Below, in pieces: positions 28,503 to 43,328 of a DNA stretch of 64,000 bases. The stretch is taken from contig CM041465.1 of the NCBI GenBank assembly GCA_023213395.1, positions 220,665,741-220,729,740 on the forward strand, written 5' to 3'. The DNA comes from Cycas panzhihuaensis (Eukaryota > Plantae > Cycadophyta). The notes beneath the pieces were generated by a model, which worked only from the letters and a program-made list of their open reading frames with translations, did no database searches and was not told the origin of the DNA. A program made the position numbers and the translations under genes. The stretch's first letter is position 1. Each line of letters starts with the position of its first letter.

Positions 28503-31500
28503 TCATACATAGAATTTCTTTAAAAATTTATAGTTTATGACTTTGTCAAATTCGATCCCTTTTAGTGTCACTATCCTATATATGCCATTTTCAAGAATCT
28601 CAAGAGTGACAAAAGGGCCCACCTATTTAGGGCCAAATTTAGATAGACAATTATGGAGGTACCCTAGTTTGAGGACTTCGTCCTCAAGGTTTAAAGGGCA
28701 AGGATATAGACGTTTGTCATATGTCCTTCGTGCCCTAGCCTTGGAGGTGAGATTTACTTAGTAAGTTGCGAAACATTTTTCGTCTAAGGCTTCAAGGTCT
28801 AAGAGGCAAGCTTGGTGATACAACTTCTCATCGATAAAACCCCTGGAGGACACTTTTAACGAGAGGATCTTAACTTCTAGGGGAAGGACCACTTCAGTCC
28901 CATACATAAGAGAGAATAGATCCATCCCTATTTCCATGCAGATGGAAGTATGATATGCCCATAAGACAAAATGAAGCTGGAGGTGCCAATCTCTTTGGGA
29001 TTGGGCAACTGGTTTCTTTAAAATATTGATAAGAGTTTTATTAAATGATTCAATTTGGCCATTGCCCTGGGGGTAGTAGGGAGATGGGGTTTTGTGAGAT
29101 ATCTTGAATCTCTCACAAAGTTTGTCCACTTCTTTATTATAAAAGGGAGTGCTATTATTTGTAATTAGGGCATCCAAGAATCTGAATCGACAGATGATAT
29201 GCTGGTAAATGAAGGTGGCAATTATCTTACCAATAGTAGATGATAATGGGACCACTTTAGCCTATTTGGTAAAGTATTCTATCATGGTTGAGATAAACTT
29301 ATGTTGTGACAATAAGGATAGAGTGATTGCTCTAATGAGGTCTAATCCCAGTTGGGAGAAAGGCCATGGGGAGATAATAGGATATAGGGCCTCAGAAGGT
29401 GAGTGGATAACGTTGGCATGCTCTTAGCACATGCGACAATGTTGTGCATATGAATGAGCATCCTTGAAGAGGTATGGCCAACAACAACCCATGTGAAGGA
29501 TTATTTGGGCCATGGATTAACCCCCAAAATAGCCTTCACAAATGCCATTATGACATTCATGGAGAATTTGGTTTACTTCATTAAAGTTGATACAACGAAG
29601 GAGGACTCCATCAAAGGATCTCTTGTACAACACCTCCTCTATAAGGAGGTATTACTTAGTAATAGCTCTAACGCATGACTTTACCTTGTCACTAGTATTA
29701 GGGGGGTATCATTACTAGGTAAGATATTGAATAATATCCTCATACCATTCGTTGTTGGCTAGTGGATGGGGTGACAAATCCTGGAGGGCCAAGATAGACT
29801 CGTCATGCCACACATTGTTGACTAGAAGGCTAAAGAGATTCGAGATAGGGGCATATGCTAGTTGTTTAGTGACTACCATTCCCTTCTTTGATTTTTTGTT
29901 AATAATTTTAAGGTCATATTCTCACAGGAGGATGGCCCATTTGCCCATCCTTTCAGTCAAATTAGACTAGATTAAAAGGTACCTTAACGTATTGGATTGG
30001 ATAATCACATGGGTAGTGTTTCCAAGAACGTAATACCTAAACTTCTTGGTTGTGTGGACCAAGGTTAAAAATTCTTTTTGGGCAGGAGGGTAGTTTAGAT
30101 CAACTTCCACCAATATGTGACTGATGAAATATATAGCTCGCTTAGTTCCAGAGTCGTCTTCTTAGGCTAACATGGCTCCCAAGGACTCATCAGTGGCTAA
30201 GGTATATAGGATGAAAGAGCAATCAAAGAGAGAGGATTTCAAATTAGGGGCAGAAGCCAAGGCTCTTTTGAGCTCTTAGAATGCCGCTTGGGCTTTACTG
30301 GACCATATAAATAGGGCCCCCTTCTTCAAAGGGTTAGTTAAGGGTTTGGTGTTTATGGCAAAGTCTACCAAGAAATGCCTCAAGAAACCTAGCCTACCCA
30401 AAAATGACTTGATTTATCGTTGTATTTTTAGAGGGGGTATGTTGAGAATAACTTTCACCTTGTTAGGGTTTATTTAGATTCCTTGTTTGGAGATAAGGAA
30501 ACCTAAGAGTTTATCAGCAGCCATAATGAACATGAATTTGAGAGGGTTTAGCTTAACATGGTATTTGTGACATCTTATGAAGATAACATGCAAATCCTCA
30601 GGGTGATTGGTCCTCTTGTTGGAGAGGCCCATCATGTCATCCACGAAAATCTTGAGAGATTTCTTTATAAGGTCATGGAAGACAAACTGCATTACCCTTT
30701 GATAAATGGCACCTATATTCTTTAATCCAAAGGGCATTACCTTGTAGGCAAACGTGCCCTAAGGGGTAGTAAATGCCATCTTATGACGGTCTTTAGAGGA
30801 TATTTATATCTAGTTATATCTGGAGAAACAATCCATTATGGACATGACTTCGAAGCCTATTATTTAATCAATAATTTGATCAATAAATGATAGGGAGAAG
30901 TTATCCTTAGCACATATGTTGTTTATGTTGTAGAGATCAACATAAATCTGAATCGTCTCTTCTTGGCGATAGGAATGATGTTGGATACCCACTTAGGGTA
31001 ATTAATAGAAGTAGTTAGCCCTACATCTAGAAGCTTCTCCACTTCTATTTTTATAGTAGTAGAAAGTTTGAGATGGAGAGGGTGTTATTTTTGCCGTACG
31101 GGGTAGGCACCCATAATGGTTGTGAGGTTGTAAGTAATAATAGAGGGATCTATTCCCTTCATATTTGAATAGCCCCATGTGAAGATGTCATAGAACTCTT
31201 GGAATAAGAGGGTGTATTCCTCTATTTGAGTAAGGGTACACTCTGCTCCAAACTTGATGACTTCACTAGGGGCTAAGATGATATCCTTAGTTGCCCCTGT
31301 GTACATAGCATTCCCTTCCTCAAAGTGAAGGGGAACTTCGTCAACTAAAGGGAGTGGAGGACTATCAAGCTAGCTTAGATTGGCTAGAGGTGATCCCAAG
31401 GTTAAACATTTCTAAAAACTAAGCTTGTGGTAATTGGATGGGAGGTTGGGCATGAAGCCCACTAAATGCTCTAATATGGATTTGTCATTCCTGAAGCAAT

Positions 31501-33475
31501 CTACCCCATGGATAGTTTTACTTAACAAGAAGGAGGGACGAAGTAGAAGAGGAGCGATGAGTCTATAATGATCAATCCACCATTCCACATAGTCAGGGGA
31601 CTCCTCAGAGGAGTTGGAGGATGTCCTCATATGTCACTACACCCTACTACATGGAAGAGGATGTTGGTTGGGACCTAGATTGTGAGCTATAGAGTCATCA
31701 TATAAAAATGGATGCTTCCCATCTTTATCATCTACGGAAGATGATGAAGTTTAGGGAGGGGATGAAGACGAGGTAAGGTAGAAGCCCATGCATATAATAG
31801 GAGCAACCTTGCATGGCTCCTAAGATGTACTTGGAGTGCTATGATTTGCTAAAGGAGTCCTAGGTTGGGACCCAAGACTAGAAAGAAGATGGAGGGTGTG
31901 CCTCCTACAGATATTAAGGAGGGATATAGGATGAGGAAGTTCCTTACACTCATCATCAGACTCATGGTCACTTATGACGACGAGGTACCCATAGCTTCCA
32001 ATACCAATGGGGGTGAACCAGATTAAGTTTGAGGAGGATGGGAGAGGCTTCTCCTCCTCTTTAGGAGTGTTGGGGATATTAATTGAATAAGTGGTGGAAC
32101 AGGCAGACGGATCTTTGTTATCCTTACTTGGATCACAAGCCACCTAACCCAATTAATGGGACTATCGCATAGGAAGTGGTTCCTAAAAAATAACTTTTAT
32201 TTGTCCTTTATGGATGAATTTGAGTTTCCCCCATCAAGATAAACATACGATTCCCATTTGGTCTAACCATGGGTGCTCCAATAGAAGGTTGTAGTCGAGG
32301 ACTACTATATCAGTGAGGATGATTTTATCCTCAAGGGTGAGAGGGATAGAAATTGATCCAAAGGGTGTCTTTTCACTACCATCATAGCCTTGACATTGCC
32401 ATGGAACTAGCTCAAGGGCTACCACACCCAATTCTTGCACTATATGCAAGGGCATAGCATTTATAGAAGAACTATGGTCTATAACTATCCTTTTAAGGGT
32501 ACACTCAAGAGTGTGAATAGAAATAGTAAAGGGGTAGTCCCATTGATACTCTCTTTCACTCACAGCTGGGAGGTCTTTAAGGTCAAAAGTGATGAGGGGC
32601 TCCTAGTTTGGGGTAACACCCAAAGCATGAATAAGGAAATTAGTTTTACCTAAGGCCTAAAAAAGAAGAGCATGTTGCTCAGAGCAACTCCACAGAACAT
32701 CCATCATGGACATTCATGTGGCTATGGTGTAGAGCTATCAACTATGGGGAATGATTTCTCCTTCCCAGTAGGTTAGGAAAGCACCCTTCAAAAGTCATAA
32801 TGCCTGGGGTGGACGGGAATGGTCTTTGGGACCATAGGGATCTCAGAGGGTGGATTATCCATATGAAAAGAAGTGGAGGCCCTAGCAACCTCCTTAACTA
32901 CTTAAGACCTTATGACAAGGCATACAGGGGTGGTTTCAAGCATCTAAATAACTCTCTTCCCCTTATTTTAAGGTTAAGAAGATGAAGATTAAGGGTGAGA
33001 ACTAGGAGAGAAAGATGAACCTCTTGCCCTCTTTCCCTTTACCTATTCAAGAGCATGGTTAGGAGATCATCCCCTACTTCTTGTCCCTCTATCTTGAGGG
33101 GATTGATCCCATTCCCCATGTTTACAAAAAGGATTGTGATGAATGGGTTGATCTAGATTGGGCTTAAATGCCCATTTAGGAGAAGAATCATGCAGTGGGG
33201 CAAGCTCAGGGTGTTACGCCTAATGCTGTAAATCTTCGTGGAAGCACTCACCATGAACATAGCATAACTTCTTCTCACGGGAGGGTTTTTCCCTCATTGC
33301 TTGAGAATCCTGGGTGCTTTTTCCTTTAGGTAGCACAACTTAGAATGCCTGATGGATATGCCTATGAGAATCCAAAGAGGATTGAGGGGTTTGGAGTTTT
33401 AACTCCTTCATTATATGTTCAAATGAATGTATGGCAAAAGTTAGAGGGTCCAAGGTCTTCTCTATTGTATGGGTA
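28503..33475 (-). pseudogene. gag(3' part)-pol of copy 2
   Basis: Protease IVIDHSSSINAMP..LLEHPW (32563-32234); RT MPFGLKN..IFVDDMMG (30737-30474); integrase YYPQGNGQIESFNK (29255-28758); KFLKKFYV* ending 28503. Confidence 0.95.
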
Positions 33476-33479
33476 AAAC

Positions 33480-36400
33480 ACCTTAGGGTTTATTGGGATC
33501 ATTGGTTTACCCTATATTTTAACCAATATTCCATATATTAGATTAGGTATTTTGCACCTTCTATTTTCTTTCCTGAAAATAGAGGTAGTTGTTATTGTCT
33601 TTTAGTTTTATCTTCTAATATAAGTTTAGTAAGGCGGGTAATTTATGTTAACCCTTGAAGATTATCCCCCATTTCAATTTTACTAGGAGGGTTCATAAAA
33701 AGGGATTTTGGAGAATTCATGGAGAAATTTTGGATAGGCATGGGGAATTCTACCTCATCTTCTTGGTTTTTGATAGAGGGGTTTATAAAAGTTTCCTTAG
33801 AGTCAGAAAGGACATTAGCCAGATCTCTTGAATCAGCTCTAAGGTCAAGAAATGGGGATAAGGGATTAGGGAGGGGATAGGGATGGGGATGAGGTGAAAG
33901 AGGGGTCTTAAGAGTTAGCAAATTTATATGCACTTTATTTTTTACTTGAAATTCAACTTCTACTAAGTTACTATCTAATGGTTTATTAAGATTCTTGACA
34001 CATATATAATCTAAATTATTATTTGATTCATTATCAATTGAAAAATATTTCGATGACAAATTATAGTGAAATAAAGAGGGTTATATTTCATATGAGTTAT
34101 CCATCTAATATCTAATCATATTATTGGGCCCTTCCTCATTGGATGATGCTTCTGATGAAAACTCTCTATAAATGTTAGGCTTGTATTCCTGAGCATCATT
34201 CGTACGATTGATTTCTTCCATTGTATGGTATAGATTGGCTTCATCGAAAATGGAAGAAATTTCTTGTATGGCGATTATTGTGCTAGATGCATCATCTGGA
34301 ATCACTTCTACTATGTACTTGCCTTTTGCTAGCATGGGGAAGATGACCTCATTTCCTCTATCCATAAGAGTAAACATTACATCTTTCCAATTTTGCAAAC
34401 ATTCTATCTAGTATAACCATGGTCTCCCTAACAATGTTGAGTAGGTGACCATATCCTTGACAGTGTTCATAATTGTAAAATTGACAAGGACTATGATGTT
34501 GGCTACATTTACTTGAATATTCTCCAATTGCCCCACTGTTTTGACCAACAATTCATTGGCCAACTTTAATGAATAATGTATAGATGATAATCATGGGTTC
34601 CCTAACTTCTTCCATGTTTGAGTTGCTAACACATTCACCGATACTACTCCATCTACAATAATGTTTTTTAAGTTTACCTCTAAAATATTGATATCTACTA
34701 ACAGATCCAAGTCATAAGATGGTTTGATCTTATGTAGACTTAGATAGGCTTCCTTCGGATGTATCTTTCCTCCTCTTGTCCACTCGGTAACTTTCCCCAA
34801 TGGAATGGTTAATTTCAATTGATTGACTAAGTCATCTATGAGTATCAATTTTTGTAAGAGTTCTTCCATCTTGGAGTTTTCTTTTAAGTTCTTCAACAAT
34901 GCTTACTCTTCTATTTTCTTGTTCCTTTTCTGATATATGTGTTTTATTTCTAGCCTCCCTATAGGTAGTGATTTAATTGCTTCATCTTATGCAGCTTCTT
35001 CTAGTGCTTTCTTGGTGGCAGTAAAGTGGTTGATTTCCACCTTTCGGTTAGGATAGTCTTTCTCTTGATCACTTTTCCAGTCTTGTAGGTTAATATTCTT
35101 TGGGGACCCTGGTATGATTGTCACTCTATTTAGGGCTTTACAATTGCTTTTACACTCCTTGGTGGTATGAGTGCTTGGACCACAGTTTTTACATAGGTAT
35201 GGACATTTTTTCTGGATCTTTATTACTGGGCAGTCAGACTTCCAATGCCCATACTCCAAATGTATCAAACATCTTTCCAATGGAGGTTTCTTCCTCTTCC
35301 TTAGGCATTGGTGCCTTTGGTATTAAAATAACAATTCCACATATTATATGTTCCTTAGTTGCAAATATGAGACCAAGTATTTTGTTTACAGTTTCATACA
35401 TTACATTCACACTTCTTTGTGGTGTGAATATTCTCTTTACAAATGTGACACCATTTCTCAATTAGGGGTTCTTTGCCCTGATGTTTGTAGGAATTCTTTC
35501 TGGGGTTATTTTGGTATAATAATTTGAGTCTAACCATTTCCTTCCTTAAAGCTTCTATCTGTATATTCTCCTCTATCTTAATCATTTGAAATAGGGGTAT
35601 ATTAAGGTTTTGTGTCTTCAATTCATTTATTTCTTCTTCCAATCTTATAACTAAGGGGTCATAGTTCTTTTGGTATCTATCTCTTTCTCAAAGTCTAGGA
35701 CCAATTCTTGTTCGTGCTTGTATGATTTTGGGGGATGTGATGCTATTTCATTCCTAAGCTTAGTGTTTAACCTATTTACAAAGAAGGTATGCATACTCAA
35801 GTCCATGATCTTCTCATTATTCATCATGGTAATGGTAATCATATCTATTCTACTAATATATATCATGATGGATTCTCTTGGCTTCTATTGTATTTCCTTT
35901 AGGGTTAGTTCTATAATATCATTATTGCAGAACTTTAAAAACCTTGTTTCGAACTCTTTTTTTTAATTTCATTCCAGGATTTGTGTGGGTCTAACTACTT
36001 ATACCATGCTAATGTTATACCCCTCATTGAGTACACAAATTTTTCCTTGATTTCATCCTCATCTGTGATTTTCTCAAGATCGATCAACCTTTGAAATAGT
36101 TAAATATATTATGCGGCATCGATAGAGTCATCAAAAATTAGTTTTCCAAACTCCTTATGATGTGCCATTATAGAATTATTCCTCCTCTCCTCCCTTCGAG
36201 GTGGAATTATTACCTTTCCTTTTGAAAACGTTTTGTAGGATCTCCTTAGTGGTGTTTCTTCCCTACTATTTCCTTTCCTGTATAAGGGATTACGTATAGG
36301 TGACTTGAGTTGAACTACCCTTGGTACTCTAAGTATCTCAGCTACTACTGGAGTTGTTATTATATATGATTGATCATCACTTCCCTCTGGTGGATCTTCA

Positions 36401-36809
36401 AAGAATTTTCTAATCAAATAATTTTTCCATCGTGCCTAAGGACCTTCCTCCACCCTTTTCTCATCACCACTCAGGTCCTTCAGAGTAGAGTCCAAACTTT
36501 ATTTTATCTCAGGATATTTTGTTTCTTTTTCCTCCTCCTCAATATCCTTCCCTTTGTTGTGATATTTCTCTAGAGTAGATGTGATTGTCATGGGCTCCCC
36601 CTAGCCTCTATCTTCTATTTCTCATGGTGTATGGGCTCTACTTGCCTTAGATCCTTCCACTAATTCATTTTGGTCTTTTTTTTTAATCAGTACTTAATCT
36701 CCTTACTCTCCTTAGCTTCTTTTCTCAGGACCATCTTAAGGCTCTTTGCCTACTTGATTTCATTATTCCCTGAGGTTTTGTTTATGACTCCTCTACCTTT
36801 GAAGGTCAT
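33480..36809 (-). mobile_element. gag-protease fragment of an unrelated Ty3/gypsy family, truncated before RT
   Basis: Gag-like region, four tandem CX2CX4HX4C-type knuckles (35460-35150), protease IIVDGVVSVNVL and LLGRPW (~34420). No RT follows. Confidence 0.75.
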
Positions 36810-38473
36810 TTAGGTGGTATTGAAAGGTCCCCTTGGCTATCTAGACTTAGTTAGAGCTTGCCATCACTGTGACATCCAGGGTGACTTGCCCTTTACGTAT
36901 GGATTTTCCAGTTTCTCTTCCCTTCACTAGTGAACTTAAGCAATGAAACTAATGTTGACTACTAATTTGCTCCTTATTACAAGATCTTCACTTATCAAGG
37001 GTTTCCACTATAGTCTAAGATGTGTGCACATGATTAACATACATAATCTTCATTTATTAATCCACATAAGTCCATAAGTAACTCATACACATATATTAAC
37101 CATACATTTCTCAATGAGTACATATGCTTTTCCACATAACTCTCTTATTTTATTAGACAAGAGTTAATATTATATTATACAAGATCCATTTCGGTTTAAC
37201 TAATCCACCATACCAAATCAAGTATAGTTGGAATCACTCACTCAGCTCTCATATCCATCCCAATAAGTGGATGTGTTTATATACACTATGCATTCTTGTC
37301 ATAAAATGGTTGCATCTGCAGTCACAATCATTCATTTTCATGAATGGATGCCTATTCAGCCCTCAACCATGCTTCATTAAACTCCTAATACATTCCTTAA
37401 CCTATATAGTTGTCCACATGTCACATTCATTCTGTGTCTGTTCCTTTCTTTGTTTGATGAATTCCTACTATCCAATGTATGTTTCTTTCTCTGTTTGATG
37501 GGTTCCTACTGTATATTATCCATTCCTGTAACAAGACGGACTGTATTCCATACTCTATTTTGTCTATTCTCTATCCTAAATGCATGCTGAATGGTTGCCT
37601 TACAAAATGCCTATTATTTTGCTAGGTTTTCATCATACATTCCCTTCCATGAATGCACAAGTCTCAATTATAATCACAAAAGTATACAAGCTCAATTTTC
37701 TATTAAAAATTTTTATTTTTTCAAATGATTAAATAAAAGTGTATTAATAGTAAACAACAAGTATCTAGGAAAATTTTTAAAGAAGATTACAATAATTTCT
37801 TAGATAACCACTCCACAGTGCTTTGGGACAATTCTGAAGGGTTCTAAGAATGGTATAAAGGAGAAATATTTAGCCAAACACTCTAGTAAATGTTTCTTTA
37901 AGCATTCCATAACCATTCTATTTTGATAAGTAAAATTCCAATCAATTTGTGGCGAATTTCTTAAAGATGGAGTTAAAATTTGTTAAACCCTACCTACCAT
38001 AATTAGGAAATTAATTATGAGTTTAAAGATGTCATAATCAATGCTAACTAGAGGAGATACACGCTATTACTATCTTTCTATTGGGACAATAAATTCATGA
38101 AAAACATTATGCAGTTAACATCCTACCATTTAAATAGGATTGAGGTGTCTGCTAACCTAATAAGATGTATTACCAAACCACCATGTACAAGAAGGGTTCC
38201 AACCAATAAAAATTAAATAGAAGTAGACTAAAAGTTGTTGGTCCATGCATTATACAAATTAGGATCTAGGGCATATATTGAAAGAACAAAAATTAATGAT
38301 TTGTTAGATCCCAAGTTGAGATGGTTAGTCAAAATCTATACCTTTTGATTATTAGAAAAGGCAAAATTTACATATTGTCATGCTAGTATACTAAATACCC
38401 TTCAGGCTATGTAGAAGGGAATCTAACTAAATTGGAGTGAGTTCAATGGCCAAAATCAACTTTTAAACATCTT

Positions 38474-38475
<2 letters not shown>

Positions 38476-38523
<48 letters not shown>
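38476..38523. repeat. (ATT)16 microsatellite
   Basis: Directly visible. Confidence 0.97.
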
Positions 38524-38524
<1 letters not shown>

Positions 38525-39640
38525 GGGTTTCTTTTTACCTAAATTCCTACAAGACGGTTGCCTTGAGAAAATATTGAGGGATGGGCCTTATAGCAATAAT
38601 GTACAAATGCTTTTCTATAGGCATTTGTTTGGAAGAAGTTTGTCAAGCAGTTAAGGCAATGATGAGGTGCATTATTCTATGCTTTCAAGGTATTCCACAT
38701 CCTACTTACCCTCATCACCCTAAGAAAAAAGCTAAAAAAGCAAACACGTTAGGTGGTGGAGTCAACGAAAACATAGTGTACGAAAGAAACAACCCCTCCA
38801 TACTAAAAACAGTTAGGCAAGGGAACTTTCCAAAGTGCGTGAAGCATTGGAGGTAGAATTCAACAAATGAAAGGATAACGCGATAATATGGTAGAAAAAC
38901 AAAAATACTAGTAACATTAAATTATGAAGTTACAAAAAGAATTAAAGGACAAACCAACCAAAATAGAGAATTCAATGAAAATTAATGAAAATATGACAGT
39001 GGAGGCACACAAAAAGGATACTTGAATTTGTGAGGTATAGGAGCAACTCCCAAGTGGAGGTGGGGGAAAGTGATCTTCTATTTAAAGAAAAAGAAAAACA
39101 AAGAACAAATGGAAAAAGGAGTAATAAGAATTTTTGAGACATTAAGAAATGATGCTCAATATTTTTTGAACCTCTAAATAGAGGTATGCAGTGCTTTTAG
39201 TTCTAAGATATTTAATAATAGTCACAGATGTTTCTAAGGATAGTTAAGATAAATATCCAATAAAGAAAATAACATTAATAGTTGAAAACTAACCACAGAA
39301 TGATTCTCAGTAGACACAAGAATGGTTATCCACATAGTGGAATGATTTTGGGATCATGAACGCTTCTCAAAAGAATTTTGCACCTAGACTTTGAAAAATA
39401 CAATAATACAGTCATAAGGATGTAAGAACATATAAAGTAGCATAGATTAACTATTAATTAGGGTTTAGTATCAAGAAAGGTCAAAAAATATGAGGTAAAG
39501 TTGTACCCTTTCAAGTTTTTGGGCATGTAAAAGGGTATAAATAAACCGTTTCTCCTATTGGTTCAGCGGTGAGAACCAAACATTAAAAGTGTTAATTAGT
39601 GAAGTATACGAGTTATGAGAAAAGATTTGTGCATTCTATG

Positions 39641-42600
39641 TGATTGATGAAAGGAGTGAGATTAAGCTCACACCTAAACAAAGTAATTCATAGGCAAAAA
39701 GATGAAATTAGTACACAAAGAAATGAAAGAGTAGAAATTGGTTTAAACCCCAAAACCATCTTTCATTAACATTGAAATCTCAAAATATAAGAGCAGCCTC
39801 TCCAACTCTACATACATTTGTAGAGGAGAGGAAATAATATAAAATACAATTTGAGTTCATACATGGTGACTAATGGCACTCATACATGAAACAATTACAA
39901 CAAAGGAAGTAGGCATTTGACTGCACAAATTAGGAGTTGTAAAATATAATTATAACTTAAATATATTGACACTTTATATCATTATGTTATTAAAGTGCTT
40001 TGTATATATAAAATGATTATAAGGTACATTAATGAATTAATAAAATAATTATTAATTCTATCACCCTCCCTTTATGATAAGTTCATTAATTTGAATTCTG
40101 AGGTTATGTTAAAACTACTTGAATTTGTCTTTATCAAGGACTTTAGTTAAGATGTCTATAATTTGTTCATTGATTGGCATATAAACTAAATCAATTTTGC
40201 CATCTTGGATATGTTCTCTAATAAAATGATGGTGCACCTCGATATGCTTTGTCCTTACATGGTACACTAAATTTTTTGCCATCTTCAAAACACTTTAGTT
40301 ACCACATAAGAGTGGAGTAGCTTATATTTGTTCAAGACCAAGCTTAGCAAGAATTCTTCTAAACTAAATAGCTTCAGTAGCTACACTAGTAACAATTTTA
40401 TATTCGACTTCCATGGATAAAAATATAACATTTGGTTACTTCTTGCAACTCCAAAAAATACCTATTGAACTTAAATTAAAATAATACCCTAAGGTCGATC
40501 TCTTACTATCTCAGTGTCCAGCCCAATCTACGTCTCAGAAATCTACCAAAAAAGGATTATCCACTCAACAATAGTTAATACCAAATTGCAATGAACTGCG
40601 AAGATATCTTAAAATTTGCTCGATTATATTCTAATGTAAAATTATGGGCTATGTCATAAACCTTGAACAAATCCCAACTACATAGGATATGTTGAGAAAA
40701 GTATGAGTCAAATAGATCAAATTTCCTACAAGTTATTTATACAAGGTGGGATCAATAGGTTTACCAAACTCATCAATATCCAACTTGAGTCCTGTCTCCA
40801 TTGGGGTTGGTGAAGGCTTACAATCTTCCATCCCGAACCTTTGTAATATCTCTGTTATATATTTAGACTATGAAAGGAAGATGTAGCCTAGTTATTGCCA
40901 GACTTCCATGCTAAAAAAATAATGCAATAGCCCAAAGTCAATGATCTCAAAGATATAATTGAGTTCCCCTTAGAGATCAGAAATCCATTATGTGTCATTA
41001 CCAGTTATCAACAAGTCATCAACATAAAGGATGACCAATGCGATGAAATTATCTCAGACTTTGATATACAACTAAGGATTCGAGGATGAACAAATGAATT
41101 CATGCTTTAAATAATACTCATCAATTTTTATATACCATGCATAAGATAATTGTTTAAATCCATATAGAGCCTTCTTCAATTTATAAACTAAGTGTTCTTT
41201 ACTACAAATAACATATCTGGGAAGTTGATTCAAATATACTTCCTTTTATAAGTTGTCATTCAGAATGGCACTTTTAACATCCATTTGATAAACAGGCTAA
41301 TGAAATTGAGTTGCAAATACCAAAACAAGCTAGACAATGGTCATGTTGGCAATGGGTAAATGTTTAAATATAGTTAATACCCTCAACTTATTTAAAATCT
41401 TTGACTACTAATCGAGTTTTGTGGTACTAAATAGAACCATTTGTATGAAATTTTATCTTATAGATCCAACAACAATAAATTAATTTTTTTTCTTCTTACA
41501 GCTTACCTAGCTCCCAAGTGTCATTTTGAAAAATAGAATCTATTTCATTATCCATTGTAACTTGCCACTTTTAATCTAAAACTACCTCCTCAAAAGTGGA
41601 AGGTTCGAGGGTAGATAATACTTGTGAAATTAAGGCAAAGTTTATAAATGGCCTATATTTTGATTATCTTTTTGGTGCTTGAGGAGGTGATAGAGCAGAA
41701 GATATCATCTGCAAATACCATTTTGGAAGTTGCCTTGAAATAACCTCTACTGGAAGATCTTCTATAGAAATTGTTGTAGTAGATGGAGGAGGTGCAGACA
41801 AAAGACTAGGAGAATAGGTTGTAGATAGAGGCATTGTAACTGCAAGAACATTCTATGTGACTTGAGGAGAAATAGTAGTTATTACAATATTCTCTTAACC
41901 ATAATTGACCTTTGGAAGATATATGAGAGATATGTGCATTTGAAATTAGGTTGCTCTTCACTATTAGAAGTTGAAGAAAAATTACTAATTTCATTATACA
42001 AGACTGTAGACATGGAGATAACATCCAATTTATAGAGGACTTGATCTTTATATCCAATAGTAATCAAATTGCCATTCACATCAATGATAAGGCACTTACC
42101 AAGGTGACTAAATAGCATATCAAACTTCTGTTTATTTATCTATTTAACATATAACAAATTTCTTGTCATTTCAAGTACATAAAATTTATTATTTAAATGA
42201 TACTTAATGTTTAAGCCTTTTAATGAAATGGGGGCATTGCCAATTTTAACAACCTCAAGTACAGCACCATCACCAAATGTTACATATTGATCTTGAACTA
42301 GCCTTGTATCTATATGCAATTCTTTAAAACCAGTTATGTGTTGAGAAGGTCTAGAATCAATCAACTAAGATTTATCAAAATAATGAGCTATAAAAGTAAT
42401 GAAAACAAATTTTGAGGGTTAGCCATATGGCCTCCTTGATTCAGATTTCTTCGTTGATTACAGTTCTAATTTCTTACATTGCCTTGATTAGTATGTTAAG
42501 CATTCTAATTTGATCTCTTGACTCCTTAAAAGTTACCATGACCACAGTTGGGATTGCCTCTATTTACAAGGTGGTTCTAGTATTATTATTGTTGTTGTAG

Positions 42601-43140
42601 GTCAGTGCATTCAGGTGCAATATAACTTGGTTTACCACAATAATGACAAACAACCTAATTTACACATTGTTGGTATTGGTTTAAATTCATAGAACCAAAC
42701 TTTTGGTTGATATTTTGATAATGATATCCCTTTATATTATGCAATTAAGATAATAGTTGATGAAAAAGCATTTGAATCCCTAAGTCTATTTAGAATGCAT
42801 TCCTCTTGAAGCAGAAGCCCTTCAAAAGTGTTAAAATCTAATGTGGCAAGATGATTAAAATAAGATAGATTAAAAATAAGAGAGTTGTATACAATTGGCA
42901 ATATGTTTACAATGAAAGATATCAGGTCACTATCATGAGATGGTTGTCCACATATGTTCAATTAATTCTTCAATGTTTTGAATTGAGTCAAATGAGCTAC
43001 AATTGAATCAACATTAAGAGTGGAGTACAGTTGTGCTTTGAGCATGATCGCTTTGACATTAACCTTTCTTTTTTATAATGCATAAATAATATTCCAAGCT
43101 TTAGCGAAAAAAAAACTAATTTTAATATTTTGATTAATAT
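39641..43140 (-). mobile_element. Ty1/copia relic A, integrase deleted
   Basis: Gag (42961-42737) and a CCHC relic; protease IDSRPSQHITG (42364); RT ILYVDDL (~41020); RNase H RTKHIEVHHHFIRE (~40230); PPT AAAGGGAGGG 40073-40064; LTR starting TGATAG at 40063 with an approximate end near 39641. Confidence 0.88.
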
Positions 43141-43204
43141 TTTTTTCACAAGAAAGATGTAAAAGGATAGTACAATTTCATCATATTCATTGAAGGTAGC
43201 AAGG

Positions 43205-43328
43205 TTAATAGAATCAGGTGGTATAAAAATGGAAGGATCATTAGGATCTTTTGTAGGTTTAAATTTAATAGAATCAGGTGGTATAAAAATGGAAGGATCA
43301 TTAGGATCTTTTGTAGATTTAAATTTAA
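43205..43328. repeat. 60-bp near-perfect tandem duplication
   Basis: TTAATAGAATCAGGTGGTATAAAAATGGAAGGATCATTAGGATCTTTTGTAG(G/A)TTTAAAT occurs twice. Confidence 0.95.

Noticed and set aside
37000-39640. Possible 5' LTR/PBS of the third element and further LINE or gag debris
   Set aside because: No convincing PBS, termini or protein motif could be read by eye.
43205-43328. Repeat resembling a CRISPR-like array
   Set aside because: A simple two-unit tandem duplication without spacers, in eukaryotic DNA.
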